DNA of 64,000 nucleotides from Octopus vulgaris (GCA_951406725.2 OX597821.1:4340001-4404000); one strand, 5' to 3'; counted from the stretch's first letter, positions 39,839 through 55,047 are shown. A program made the numbers and translations. The notes: generated by a model from the letters alone, not told the origin.

Positions 39839-40464
39839 GCTTTACTTATTTGAATATGTATGTTCTTAAGAAGAAATTTTTATGCATGTTAGCTTCTTAG
39901 CTTTCCCTTCCTTTTACATGTCCAGTCCTCGCCATGCATTGAAGATGTTCCCTTCTTACATAATGACAAATAAATGTAGCTTATTAACTTATTGCTCTGT
40001 AAGAACTAGCATGTTAGTCACATGTGTGTGTGTGTGTGTGTGTGTTTCGTGTTGTACGTGTTTGTGTGTTCAGCTGCCTGGCAGCTAAGCGAGTTCTTTT
40101 CTGTTATAACCCCTGGACGACCAACGGCTTGTGATTGGAATTGTAAGACAAAAACCAAATGATGCCTAACATTATGTACGTCTGGAGAGGGGGATTCGTG
40201 CATGTGTGTATGCGCGCGTGAGTGAGTGTATTTATGTATGTATAGATGTCGCATTGAGCATGTCACATATTGACTGAAAATCATAATAATTTCTCCACTT
40301 TTCCAAAACATTTTATCTTGTAGCGACGCCAAGTAGAGATCACGCCATGAAAGAATGTACACTAGCGTCTTTATTCTTATGCTGTAGTCACACGCTCCTC
40401 CTATGGAACTTATCGAAATTCTTTGGTTTACATTATCGTGGCTGTCATTAACCTTTCTCTCGTG

Positions 40465-40539
<75 letters not shown>

Positions 40540-40609
40540 TGTATTCAGTATTAAATAGAAAGGCAACAAACGGAAACGGACTGGAGCGATAGGAAATAAT
40601 ATATAATAT

Positions 40610-41807
40610 ATGATTAAAAAACAACAGCTTAACGAGTCAGCTGTAGACGTGATATACGTCGACCTTGCCAAGGCCTTCGACATGATTGATCCCGGCATGA
40701 TATGTCACAAACGGCAAAACCTTGGTATTACCGGGAAACTTGGAGAGTGTTTGCATGATTTTCTAAAGGGCAAGAGTCAAACAGCTCTAGCCAATGGAGC
40801 TCACAGCGGAGTTCTACAGGGAACTGAACTGGGGCCACTACTATTTGTGGTGACTCTCTCAGACATACCCTCGCAGTACAGTCAGCCAATCTTAAAGGTT
40901 ATGCTGACCACACAATTATCGCAGGCAGTTAGAAACCCAAAGAACATCATAAAACTGTAGAAATAACTGAATGAAATAAACAACTGACCTAACAAAAATA
41001 ACATGCAATTCAATTCTATGAGCAACAACAGGCTAAATTCGGAATACCCTGGAGCAGAAGGTAATACGATTCCAGAGTCACAGTCGGCGCTTGACCTGGG
41101 GGTTCACTTGAGCAATGAAGCAACATTCCTTGTGGTTGAATGGATTCTGAGGACATTCAGAACCAGGAAAAGAGAGGTCCTGCTATTATAGAGGACTTTT
41201 GTTCACATTCGCTTGGACAACTACTCCCAACTAAGGTCTCCACAGAATGTGAAACAGACTGTGGAACTCGAAGCAATTCAGAGCCAATACACAAAGAATA
41301 TTGACTCGATGCAAAAGATGGGATACTAGGAGAGGATAAAACGAGCTGAGTCCCTATTTCCTGGAGGGAAGACGAGGGAGTTATGCTGTGATATATATTC
41401 GGATGATCTTGGAGGTTTTCGGCCCAAATTTTGAATTGTCAGCTATACCAATCCTCGAACTGGACGGCACTGCACCATACCAAAGATCCCGTCTACCCCA
41501 TCTAAAATAAGGACACAGTGCTTCAATAGACTGGGTTTCAAGGGACCGCAATTTTTCACCATCCAGCCAGGCAACCTTGGAGATCTAGATGGTGTAGATG
41601 TAGAAATTTGAAAGGAACCTCTAGACATGTTTCTATCTGAGATATCAGATGAACCCACAGCGCGGCAGGAGACGCAAAGAGCAGCTCCGTCAAACTCGCT
41701 ACATCACCAAAGACAATACCGGAAACGAAACTGAGTATCTACAGGTGGAGCAGCGGCATGACCTCCGTCCCTGGCTGAAACCAGTGAAAGATAAAAGATA
41801 AAAGATA
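40610..41807 (+). mobile_element. CR1-like LINE remnant (RT domain to 3' tail)
   Basis: VDVIYVDLAKAFD, GITGKL, SGVLQGTELGPLLF, WILRTF; (GATAAAA)n tail. Confidence 0.88.
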
Positions 41808-42825
41808 TATATCACTACTGGTGATATTTATGACCAATATTCGCTACGCTATACATGTATCTTATGAATATATTCTTAGCATTCTCGAAGATTCGGCTCT
41901 GCTTTGTATTTATTGCCCGCGCGCAGAGTTTTGAAAATCTATAACATATAATGACGGGACACGTGTTCTCTTCTCTGAATTATAAGTTAGTTATTGACGC
42001 CGGTTACTAATGAGAATTGTGTTTAAATGTACACTATTTTAATATATATATATATACACACATATATACCCATACATACATGTGCAGGTTTTTCTATGCA
42101 TGTGCACGTGTGTGTATACAGTTTTGTATGCAGATACCTCATAACCGTAAATGTTATCCCTGTCTCACAGAGAGTTGTGACTGCTGCATTCTCTCTTCGA
42201 AATTGTGTTCCATACAAGATTACAGGGATCTGATATGATGAAATCAAAATGTATTGCAGGTACGAATTTTAGATACTTGCTACTTATACTTAAGTGGATT
42301 GGAACTCGTACATTGAAACCCATAATGCACATCCTATAGGAAGCTCAAATCCATAACCACATGTAAGCTATTATAGAGAGTAGACGCTAAGTTTTTATAG
42401 TCAAAGATATATAAAATAAAATGGCAGCAGACATTTGGCTGGAATTCCACAAAACATAGTTGAGTTCTACAAAAATTAATTCGAGTGAAGCAATCATAAT
42501 AACAGCTGCAGCAGCAGGAACAACAACGGCAACAATTAAAAGCAGCAACAACAAAAACAGCGCTTTTGCAATACCAACTACAGAAATATAAATGTCGGTA
42601 TAAATTATGCTTACACTCCAACCAGTAGAACAATGAAAAATATACAAGAAGTTTATACTGTACCGAAACCCTTCTGGACAGTTAAAAAATGCATAAAACA
42701 CCACAACGTACTCGCACGTTGACATGCGATCCACTTTCCCAGAAGAAATAATTTTTTGCAAGTCAATAACAGCACCCTCAAATCCAATATTCTTAAGACT
42801 CCATGACAGCAGTTACACATCGTGC

Positions 42826-42992
<167 letters not shown>

Positions 42993-43360
42993 TTGCAATT
43001 GTTATATATTTTTCTGTATATTGTTTTTTCCCCATTTATAATTTTGTAGTATTTATACCTAATATATATGTGCGTGCATATATACATGTTTACGAATGAT
43101 TATATATATATATATACAAGTACAGAACACTATCTCTTCTCCTTGTCTCTTTTCTTCATACATATATGTATATACATTTATATATCTGCAGGTGTATATG
43201 TCTTTGACAGACATGGGGGTGCATTAGTGTATGTACCTATATGACTCATTTGTATATCTGCGTAAGTATGTGTGTGTGCGTGTAGATATGTGTACATGAG
43301 CGTACTGATGCGTGCATGTGTATATATGCGTGTGAATGTGCGCGTATGCGTAGACATATA

Positions 43361-43738
43361 CACTACCGTCAGAAATTAATTAGCACCCTTGATTTGCTCT
43401 TCACTCAAGGTATGTGCTGTCACCTAGTGGCCATATCTCGAACTATTGCTTTGTTGCGAGTTCACTGTTGCGCAGAACGATGACGTAACTTTGTTTGCAG
43501 AGCAGTTTGAGAGTCTACAAACCTTATGATGTTGACATAGCAGTGCAACAACTTGGAGTGCGGATGCAGACAAATCTTCCTTTGTTTAATAGATATAGGT
43601 AGCGCCTCGCAAGGACCGAAATCACACCATACTAAGTTTTCTCATCGCGTAAGACGTTTTGAACAGCTCATAGGTTAATTGATTTAACCTATTTAATGTA
43701 GAAATTTGAGAAGTGCTAATTAATTTCTGACGCAAGTG
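43361..43738. mobile_element. Tc1-derived MITE
   Basis: TIRs CACTACCGTCAGAAATTAATTAGCAC / GTGCTAATTAATTTCTGACGCAAGTG with TA on both sides. Confidence 0.88.
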
Positions 43739-43924
43739 TATGTCTGTTTGTATGTATATGTACATGCGTGGGTGAGTATGTATATAGATACATGTACACA
43801 CATGTGTGTGTGTATGCGTGTGTATATGTGTGCATATGCGAATTCTACGTATGAAGTATTACTTTCCCCATGCACATTGGAATAATTTTCTTTTATTCAA
43901 TGGTGTTTTCATTGCATTTGTCTT

Positions 43925-43984
43925 AATAACTGATGAGATGCCGGAGCAGACTTCAGCCCGGGATCCGAAACTCTGAGTTTTACT
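43925..43984 (+). ncRNA. Type I hammerhead-like motif with long helix II
   Basis: AAUAA-CUGAUGA-GAU..AUC-C-GAA-ACUC u GAGU-U-UUACU. Confidence 0.6.
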
Positions 43985-44010
43985 ATGACAACCAATTAAT
44001 TGTCACATAT

Positions 44011-44046
<36 letters not shown>

Positions 44047-44197
44047 AATATATACATGTATATATATGTATGTATATATATATATATATATATATACATA
44101 CATATATATATGTATGTAAATATATATATAAGTATATATAAATATATATATATATATATATTACACACACACATATATATATGTATATATATATATG

Positions 44198-44246
<49 letters not shown>

Positions 44247-44984
44247 GTACATATACATATTGGTGTAGTCTTTTTTGTATTGAGTTGTATTGTGTTGACA
44301 AACTTGCACTTAAGATCGCCGTGTTTGTAATAAAACCTGGTTAGTTAATATGAGAACGCTACCCATCTACACGTCTATTTATCTTCCATCCACACCCTCC
44401 ACCAATATATATCTCTCTCACTTTATTTCTCACTCACAAAAAAATCCTCCTGCTGTTCTTCTATTCAAATGGAGGTCTTTTTTTAAATTATGTATTTTAT
44501 TGTCTGTATGTTGGAAGAAACATAAAAACACATGCATCCACACAGAAACAAAGGAAAAATACCGATACCCATTATAAATATATATACAAGTACACATAAT
44601 CTTTTTTATGTATGTTGCGTTCTGTTGATTGCCTTTCACGTAAAATTCAGTGACTAGAATGGCAGCACTCACTACCTACTTATCTTCTTACCTACATTCC
44701 TGCCTACCTAACTGCATATCTATCTATCTTTCACACATATTCACACACACACACACACACTCTCTCTCTCTCTCTACCTCTTTGTCTCTCTCTCTCTCTC
44801 TGCCACTCTGTCACTCATTTACACTGTATTTCTCTCTTAATGACAACTTTTTCTTCCCGTCTTCAAAAATACATTTTGTCGTATATCTTGATTCCTCCCC
44901 ATCATTCCATCTCTTTAATAAATTTTGTGACGGACAGACAGACGGAGAACCGCTTCTCTTTTATAACATCAGCTTTTAGTTTCA

Positions 44985-45170
44985 TCAAAGGTGGTTTGTT
45001 GGCATTTCGTTCGGCCTTAAGTTTTGAGTTCAAATTCAGGCGAGGTCGTCTTTGCTTTCGTTTTCCGTGAACGATAACGTAAGTACCACATGTAACCTAG
45101 GTCGATGTAATTGACTTAGAAGTGTTGCCATACCCACAGGTCTTGTGCCTGCAGTATAAAGGGTTCTTAT
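44985..45170 (+). mobile_element. SINE family B
   Basis: GAGTTCAAATTCAGGCGAGGTCGTCTTTGCTTTCG..AAGTACCA. Confidence 0.65.
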
Positions 45171-46634
45171 TTATTATACTTGGTATAATTATTTTCACGA
45201 TTTTCTAGTACTATACCTACACACACGCACACAGACATGCGCACAAATCACACAGACACAGACACACACACACACATATATATATGTATCTGAGAATATG
45301 ATTAGAGGTGTCTTTTTAGGGATAATTTTTATATTAGTGATAATGTTTACAAGGAGAGACTTAGATTATGAATTTCGAGCTCCAAAGAGCTGTTTTTTAA
45401 ATATATGTTTTATTAGTTGCTTAAATAGAAATAACTTTTCTTACAGGTATACACACAGAACAAATACACACAAAAAACCGAAAATACATAAATATACTAA
45501 AATATGTGTGTAGAAGTGTGTGCATGCATGTACATGAGTTTCTGCGATAAGAGTGCTTGATGCAGTAACCAAGTGCATAAGTTGCTGCAATTCCATGCAA
45601 TTCCATGCAATTCCATTCCTGAAGTAACATCTCGATCAGGCTGTTGCAGCAATTGTTATAACGCAAACCACTGACTATAAATCCATCAATAGGAATGACG
45701 CGAAGCTAGTTGATCAGGACAGAGACCATATTATTAAAGGGAGAATGTCTGAGAAAGGATATAGGATGTTTATAAAGCGTGTTTGTTTGTGGTTTAATGA
45801 TGCCTATCGGACCATTTCATCTGAATATGGTTAAGGACGTTTCTATATACATCGGTGTAACCGATCCACATCTGGGAGGGTTAGGCCATTTATCATCTAA
45901 GCTTAATTGAATATCAGGGTTTATCAACAAAGCTGAATGGCTGAATGGAGTGGGTCTTCATAATAGAATCCTACATGTGTTATAAACTTTCGCCAGGTAT
46001 GTTTCACGGTCATATTGAGGTCTAACATTCGGAGTGCTTCCAATGGTTCTTGTAATATGTTGGTCATTTTCAATTGTGACAGTTCTGCGACAGTTGTTCC
46101 CTTGCTGAGTACTGCTTCTGTATTTGCTGATGAAGACATGGGTTGAGCTTACATTCATGGGTAGACAGTTTCCAGGTTTCCATTCAATGCGTTTCTGTAG
46201 TATTGGCGTTCGAAGGGTGTTTTATTTGCATGTCCCTGTCTTGGTTGCATGTGCAAAATTGGCTGACACTTGGAACGAATAATGAGAAAAGCAGCAAGAA
46301 ATTAGAAGTTGAACAAAGGCAATATTAACGAGTTGATAATAGTGTTGTTTAATGAATAGAACGGGATAGAAACCAAAACCGAAGGTGCTCTAGCAAACAG
46401 GGGTTGGAAAAGGAAAGTCTAGGACCACACATGCGATGGTAGTATTTGTTATACTTTCACTTTCAGAGCGTAAATTCTACACGTAACTTGCAACTTCTGT
46501 TGTATTTGTCACTCATAAAGAACTATGATATTTTTATGGACAATGCCTTTGTTACTCATTAAATATAAGAATATAATCTTATTATCAAATTTGGTCAAAC
46601 TAGGAATGTTGTTTTCTGTTAATCTTTCCCATAG

Positions 46635-46760
<126 letters not shown>

Positions 46761-47962
46761 AATGTTTGCAAATATTTCTCGGGAGATATACTATGTGTGA
46801 GTGTTCTTATAAGTAAGTAGTAGGCATGTAGGAATGTAGTTTAACATGCGGCTGTTTGTACATAATTCACTTGTTTGATTTATAGAACATTATAAAGTAC
46901 TGCAATCGTTTATGTAAATATATGCGCACATCTAATTTTATAATATTATGATGACGATTTGAAAAAATTGAACTGTTATATTTTGGACAATCGATCATGA
47001 AGTGGTCACTCCACCTGCTAGAAATACAACCTATATCATATGTTAGCGACTGATTTACTACCACCTATTTCGCTTCGAGTTACATTTACTTCTTCATGTC
47101 TGCTTTTACCCAGACCCTACTATCGTTCCCTATTTATATCTGCTTATACCACAAACTAAATGCCTCACATATTTCAATTTGTGTGAGGGAGAAATTAACA
47201 TCTGATATTTTTCAGTTATATTTTACAGTTGTTTTTGACAGTTTTCAATTTATTGTTCTCATATTCTTCTTATGACATTCTTATAAATTTCTTCATTATA
47301 TTTTTTTATCACTTCACGTTACTTTCACTTTTTTCCAATCTTTATATTTATTCTGTATTTATTAATTTATTTCATATATTTGATATGTTTGATATTCTTT
47401 TCTTCCTGTTTTATTTCATCATTCATGAGGAACTTGTTATTCTATGTTTTCGTTTCGTATTTAACTTTCGCTTAGCCAAAGTGGAATTCCATAAATTGTC
47501 TTCGAGGCACATAGCTTCTAATTTCTCTCTCACATTTCAAAATCTAATCCTTCGACTTTACTAAATGTGCTGCTAAAATTTATTACAGTATTAAGTTCTA
47601 CGTTCAACTACTTCTCAATTCTTCCATCTGTAATGTAATAATATTTCAACAAGGGAAATATATATTCTTACTTCTCGCACTTACTACATACTTTTCAACG
47701 TCAATTCCAATCATGCTTCTGATTCTTGAAAATGTGTTTCATTAGGAAATCGGTAATTATGTATATGTACAAGTATATGTGAGTGCCTGGGTGTATTCAT
47801 GTCTGTGTGCTTATATGTATACAGGCATACAAGATTCTATGCGTGTATTTCAACATACGTATACATATACATATATGCATATATCCTTCTCACTCGTGTA
47901 CCCACTGCATATATTCACTCCCTCACTCATTTAATAATTCACTCAGTCACTTTCTTTTTTTT

Positions 47963-48002
<40 letters not shown>

Positions 48003-48258
48003 GCTCTCTCTCTATATATATGTATGTGTGTGTGTGTTTGTGTGTGCGCGCGCGTATGTGTGCAGACATGCATGCGCTTTAAAGATACATATATATTTCT
48101 CTCTCTGTCGATTTCTCGCTCTCTCTCTCTCTATGTGTGTGTGTGTGATCGCGTATATATGTGCTTTTATGTATATCATTATCTATGCATGTATTTATGC
48201 AGGTATATATACATAGAATTTCATGTCGGTATGCATATACGATTACACACAAGTATAA

Positions 48259-48294
<36 letters not shown>

Positions 48295-51200
48295 TATTTT
48301 CTCGATGTACAACAGTGGAATGACTAATGAAACACGCTTACAAAAACCGAAACATTTTCCCATATAAATACATACCTACAAAAATGGAACAACAAAACAA
48401 AACTAAACAAACATATCTTTTTACAGATGTGAATTAGTTGGAACGGATGAGGTTTAATCAAATCAAATCTTTACTTTAAAAAACAATTTCTTATAAACTA
48501 GACAGAAGGGGATTGCTTTGTCCCATAATATAACTTTAGGGAATGGGAGACAAGAGATAGGGAGTCCATTAGAAAACTGAAGTTGTTAAGTAGCACAAAT
48601 TCTGTCGACTCCAATCTTGAAGATTTTCTCAGATACTATAATGTAAATTGTAGTAAGTACAAATTGTTTGTATTATTATTTGATATGCTACAGGGGTAAA
48701 TGATGAACTGAATATATCTACGCTATGGGAGCTCTTTAGTGAAGCAAGTGGTATGAATCTGTGTAGTATGGAGAAGATGGATCCCGTGGAGCATGTTGAA
48801 TACACTCACGCACACACATATACATAAATGAATGCTTACATATGATATGCATACATATCGCATGTATTTCTGTAATTATGAATGCATGTATCCATGTATG
48901 CGTTATCACGAGTTTCTGTGAATGAGTGTGTTCGTACAACATTAGAAATGTTATGGTTTTGGACAGCAGTAATGAACAGAGACGGTTTATCAGGACCAAG
49001 GATATTAAAATGTTCCTCTTTAACAACTGTTATGAATAGAATTTTGTCATTAAAAGCCGCCATATTGCCACGGAAGAAGAATAACTAGACACAAACCCTG
49101 CCGTAATAATCCACGACTCAAACGCTGACCCACAATTGAGTATTTGAACTTAGGTTTAAAAGAAGTAACAAAATTGATGGATAACAAAATTTGTTTCGGG
49201 TGACAATGCGTGTTGCAAAGACCTTATCTAGTCAACTAAAACAATGAAGATTGAATTCATATGGATTGATTAAAATCAAAACAGCGTCAAGTATTCAATA
49301 ACGAAAACCTTCTATACGGCAAATATATAGAGAAGCTTAAATAGTGTATTTAAGCATGCATTATAAGTTCTGGCAGATTCGCACTGAGTATCTGATCCCA
49401 GTTGTTTTGTGTCTCCGGGAAATTCTCACCTCCGTTTGGACGCATGATCCACCGTCGTAAAGGAATGTTCAGACACCGCAGTATTTTGAAATCATTTGAA
49501 TCAACAAATATTTTTTTTAATTCCTATAATCAAGAGATCATAATGTGGGATACATAGCTTTGGCAGTCTAGCTTAGAGTAAGACACAGAAAGCAGTCGAG
49601 ACGTGAAGGTGTCCCTAAGTCCCCTAACATCCACGAATTGCATGTGTTATGCAAATGCAGCTTATAAAAGATGCCTTTGAGGGAGTAAAGACAAGAGCGA
49701 TCAAATATTCATGTTGGTTAATTTTAATAAATAGAAAATTATAATTTGAACGTTCGCTATTCTACAAGCACCAAATTAACCCTTACTTCAAATGTATGTA
49801 CCATCCCTATCCGTAAAAGAGTCGGTTTACTTTGTAATCACTTCCTGCAAGTAAACAGTTGAGTCCAAGAAATATAAAATATCAGTTTCCTGCGATACTA
49901 AACCAACATTTCCTTAACAGGAAGGACAAACGTTTTCCACATTTGACAAAATTACAAATAATCAGACACCAACCGAAACTTGCCTTTCGAAGTAAATTAA
50001 TTGTGATTTCAAATAAAACAATAGTGGAGCATAATATTTCAAGATAGTGTATGTGTGTGTGTACGTGTATGTGCGCGTGTGCGTATGCCTATGAGTGTGT
50101 GGGGATGGTTGTAGGTGTGTGTATGTGTGTTGAAATACCCAATAATAGCATAAAATCGAAATGATAATTAAAAATGGTCGAAGCAGTTGCAAAGATATTT
50201 TCCGCTTAAAAACATATTCATATTTACAATTTATTTTGAACACAGATAAGATGTTCCTGTTCTCAATGCTGAAATGCACCGCTCTTCCTATAGTCACACA
50301 TCATGAAACTATACACGATTTCAATTTAAATAAATGTAGAAGCTATATAAATAATGTGATTTCTAACACTGTGAAAAAAGGAAATGCGTAAAATGAAGAT
50401 ACATGCATGAGATATCCATTGCCACATAATTTATCAATTATACAGCTTCGTTATTTTTTTCTGATTTCTACAGTACATTTTACCTCTTTCTCTCAAGATG
50501 ATTATAGTAAGATCATTTAATTGTATTTCTATATTATAACAGTAGACAACCGAACAGAGTTTTGGGCAATTTGCCTTTAATTCATATTAATTATATGATG
50601 TAGATTTGTTTTATAAATACAACGAGAATCCGCATAGTTAACGTATGTTTGGCACCCTGACAATTAGAAAACAGATAAATGTTATGTTTGTTTGGAAACA
50701 TAAAGATTGTTTACGTTGCCATGTGTGTCCGTAATTAGATATGTATATATATATTTATATATATTTACATGGGAGATTGCAATACATTCAAATTGTATAT
50801 AAATCGAACAAGACTATTATACACAAGCAGACAGATATTTACAAAACTTTCCAAACATATAGACTTCATTTAAACATACGCTACGAACACGTACTTCTCT
50901 TTCTGTCTCTCCCTCACTCTCTCCTTACTCTCACTCCTCTCTCACCTCTCTCCTCCCTCTCCTATCTATCTAGTGTCTTTCCCTCCTCTTTCTCTCCCTC
51001 ACTATTCTTCTATCTATCTATGAATTTAACTATCTATTTATTTATCTATCACTTCAAATTTCTACCTGTCTATATTTACACATACATACATACATACATA
51101 CATACATACATACATACATACATACACATATGTATGTATATATGTAGGTATATATGTAGGTATATATGTAGGTATATATGAATGTATATATGTAGGTATA

Positions 51201-51342
51201 TATGAATGTATGTATGTCCAGTCATCCCTCGACTATCGCGGGTGTTACATTCCAAAACCTCACACTGAAATAATTAAAAGCTGAAAAAAATATAAATGCC
51301 TAACGGGCGCAGAAACCCGATTATACCGAGGAGTCTGCGATA

Positions 51343-51481
51343 TATGCTTGCTTGCCAACCACATGGTTCCGTGTTGAGTCCCACTGCGTGGCACCTTGGG
51401 CAAGTGTCTTCTACTATAGCCTCAGGTCGACCAAAGCCTTGTGAGTGGATTTGGTAGACAGAAGCTGAAAGAAACTTGTCG

Positions 51482-51538
<57 letters not shown>

Positions 51539-51772
51539 ATGTATGTATGTGTGTATATGTTTGTGTGTCTGTGTTTGTCCCCCCAACATCGCTTGCTAAA
51601 CGATGTTGGTATGTTTACGTACCCGTAACTTAGTCATTCGTTAAAAGATCAAAAGAGACTGATAGAATAAGTACTAGGCTTACAAAGTTCTGGGGTCGAT
51701 TTGCTCGACTAAGGGCAGCGCTCCAGCATGGCCACAGTCAAATGACTGAAACAAGTAAAAAAGTAAAAGAGT
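51343..51772 (+). mobile_element. SINE family A, well preserved
   Basis: Head, internal compound microsatellite, body, tail CAGTCAAATGACTGAAACAAGTAAAAAAGTAAAAG. Confidence 0.9.
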
Positions 51773-51911
51773 ATTTATTTGGTAAAAAATAAATAATCGA
51801 CTATCCCGAAATATAACAATATATATGTGTGTGAGTGTGTGTGTGTGTGTGTGTCTTTTCGTATCTATGTGTGAGTGTGTGTTTGCATTTAAGAGTGTGT
51901 GTGTATCTCTG

Positions 51912-52115
51912 TCTATGTTTGTCCCAACCAAAGCTTGTCAACAGGTGTTAGTGTTTTTACGTCCCCTTTATGTAGTGGTTCGGCCAAAGAGGCGGCAAAA
52001 TAAATAGAAGTTTTTTAAAAAAAGTATTGGGGTCGATTTGTTCGACTAAAAACTGTCAAAGAGCTGCCCCAGCATGGACCCAGTTAATTGATTGACACAA
52101 GTAAAGGATGAAAGA
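51912..52115 (+). mobile_element. SINE family A-related 3' half
   Basis: GGGGTCGATTTGTTCGACTAAA..CCCCAGCATGG tail. Confidence 0.7.
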
Positions 52116-52734
52116 CATGTAGTGTACGTACATGCGTACATATGTATGTATGTTCGTGGTATGTATTTATGTATGTATTCATGCATATATGTATTCGCTG
52201 AGTCTGTTCATATATCCACCATTAATATTATTCCAAAATCAGTTATCGAAATGCAAACTTTCAGATATATACGAATTCTACATAGATTCGAGTAACTTTT
52301 CAAGTTCTGTTTCATTTTACATTGCTAAATAAAAACTAAAACTAATTTTACTTCAATATCAATTTACTTCAAACACTACTTTGCCTATTGTTGAATTATT
52401 TATTGAATATTAATGATAAATAATGCTAAAAGCAAAATTAATAATGGTTTTATTGTTTCATTCCTTCCATATATGTTCACAATTAAAAATTCTTTTTCAT
52501 ATTTTATCCCATCGAGGCCGATATATTATGCAGAATAATACGCAAGAGTGTATTCACCCGTGTACGATACAATTTCTTCTGCCATTTTGTTACAGCATCT
52601 CGTCAATAAATCATTTTTAGAAATGTGGATGATATGTGGCTTAAGGTGAGGCAAAGATATACAAATTCATGAAAAAGTTTCGTTTAATTCTTTTATTTAA
52701 AGGTATAAACTCTAACTTGATATTACAATATACT

Positions 52735-53085
52735 TTTCCACAGTAGGCACTGGGCTTGGAATGTTGGGGGAGGGGTCCAGTCGATTAGGTCGACCCCAAT
52801 GCGCAACTGGTACTTAATATATCGACCCCGAAAGGATGAAAGGCAAAGTCGACCTCGGCGGAATTTCAACACAGAAGGTAATGACAGACAAAATACCGTT
52901 ATGCATTTCCCCCGGCGTGCTAACGTTTCTCATTTCTTTATTGCCCACAAGGGGCTAAACATGTAGGTGACAAACAAAGACAGACAAAGGAGTTTAGTCG
53001 ATTACATCGACCCCTGAACACAACTGGTAATTAATTTATCAACCCCGAAAGGATGAAAGGCAAAGTCGATCTCGGCGGAATTTGA
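52735..53085 (-). mobile_element. Two tandem SINE family B copies
   Basis: ACCCCGAAAGGATGAAAGGCAAAGTCGA(C/T)CTCGGCGGAATTT present twice. Confidence 0.85.
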
Positions 53086-53385
53086 CGGATATTTGTCCTC
53101 ATCTTGTTTGTTGTTAACGCATGGGTGTTTTGTTCAAAATCCTTAGGTAACCCTTATTTAGGGACGATTTGAGAGGGGTGGGTTACTCGTCCTGAAAATA
53201 ATTCTAACTGTGCCTCACCTGCAAGGTCATGTGCTGTTTATTTTGATATGAGATTATCATGTCGTACACATATGGTCATGATGCATGTGCCTGGTGTACC
53301 CTTATCAGACAGGTAGCCATGATGGGTATACTGGGCTTCGTATATTTTACCCCAGTGTCACTTTGATCGCATGCACTGCTCTCTC

Positions 53386-53450
<65 letters not shown>

Positions 53451-53490
53451 TAATAACAATAATAATAATAACAATAATAACAATATTACC

Positions 53491-53530
<40 letters not shown>

Positions 53531-53696
53531 TGCAGAACACTTTCCATACAATAACCATCAGAGCATCACAACAAATCACAGCACATACCCAAGGCACACA
53601 GAGCTGCGCTCGGTAGTGAAGTGAAAGCACGCTATAAAAATAAAACTACTGAATAGTAATAATAATAATAATAACAACAACAACAACAACAACAAC

Positions 53697-53772
<76 letters not shown>

Positions 53773-53784
53773 GTAATAATGATG

Positions 53785-53842
<58 letters not shown>
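53386..53842. repeat. (AAT)n/(AAC)n microsatellite interrupted by an insertion
   Basis: Directly visible. Confidence 0.95.
53531..53655 (+). mobile_element. Probable R4/Dong-like LINE 3' end inserted in (AAT)n
   Basis: ..RTLSIQ* followed by a ~100-bp 3' UTR, flanked on both sides by (AAT)n. Confidence 0.55.
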
Positions 53843-53844
53843 GG

Positions 53845-54000
53845 GGAATCGTTGATTACACTGACCGGAAGTGTTTAACTGGTACTTATTTTACCGACTC
53901 CAAAATGATGAAAGGCAAAGTGTACTGCGATGGAATTTGAATTCAGAAAGTACAGACGGGAGAAATGTTGCGAAGTACGATAATGATCCTACCATCTCGG
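53845..54000 (-). mobile_element. SINE family B (degenerate)
   Basis: ACTGGTACTTATTTT..GATGAAAGGCAAAGT..GGAATTTGAATTCAGAA. Confidence 0.65.
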
Positions 54001-54766
54001 ATCCTTCTCTTTGCATGGATATATTAAGTACACTTAATATCGCATGAATATAACTGTCAGTTATTAATCTTTTCACGTGCCCATATGTTATATATCGTCA
54101 TTATCATAATAAAAACTTTATAGAAAGGACACATTTAGATATTGTTTAAACATTAGCAGACATAAATCTACAGGAAAATAATGTTTTATTCAACAATGCA
54201 TGAGGCCTGCTGAAAGCATTCTATTTCCCGAGCATATTTAGATATGGCTGTATGCTAGAATAAAGAATATACTATAGCTTCCGGGGAGAAAAGGAAACAG
54301 AGTTATATAGACATACAGTCTAATATTGTCCATCTTTTAGTATTTTTCAATGCCAACGGGTGTCTTCATTTATCCTAATCTTCTCGTTTCATTTATCTCT
54401 CACTCTTCTCCTTTCTCTACATTTGTTTGCACACTGAATACTGGATCGTGGGTTCGATTCGCAGACCTAAAGTTCTTCCGAGTTTTTTTCAGCAAAACAA
54501 TTCATTTCACGTTGCTCTACTGGATGGAAGAGTGACAGAATTGTTGGCGTGTTGGCAGAAAATGCTGGCGGTATGTGTTCCACGTTCTGATTTTAAATCA
54601 CACCTACCTGAAAAAGGCAACGGAATAAACTCTAGCTTTCATACTCCATGTAATCATGGGTAGCCAGAGTTTCAGTAATCTCTTTAACGGCAGCACGCTG
54701 TATACAGATTGGTGGTGAAAGTTAACTTTGAAAAACCTGCCCAAGGGTTCTACATATATGTATATG

Positions 54767-54799
<33 letters not shown>

Positions 54800-54969
54800 G
54801 AGTAGAAAAATGAAATATTTTTTATGGATAATCCGTTTAACCGATACCTGGGTAGCAAATTCACATCAGAAATAACGCGGTTGAAGTTACGTGCCTAGGG
54901 CAGAGACTACGTGTTTTCGTGTGGAAATTTGTGTGTATTTTTATAAACTTTATGAATAAATGAAAGAAT

Positions 54970-55005
<36 letters not shown>

Positions 55006-55013
55006 AGAGAGAG

Positions 55014-55046
<33 letters not shown>

Positions 55047-55047
55047 T

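Noticed and set aside
45780-46350. Possible L2/CR1-type LINE remnant on the minus strand
   Set aside because: Only faint motif resemblance (RILL..DP.H); too decayed to call
51219-51340. Tigger/pogo-like TIR CAGTCATCCCTCGACTATCGCGG
   Set aside because: No convincing partner TIR or transposase found
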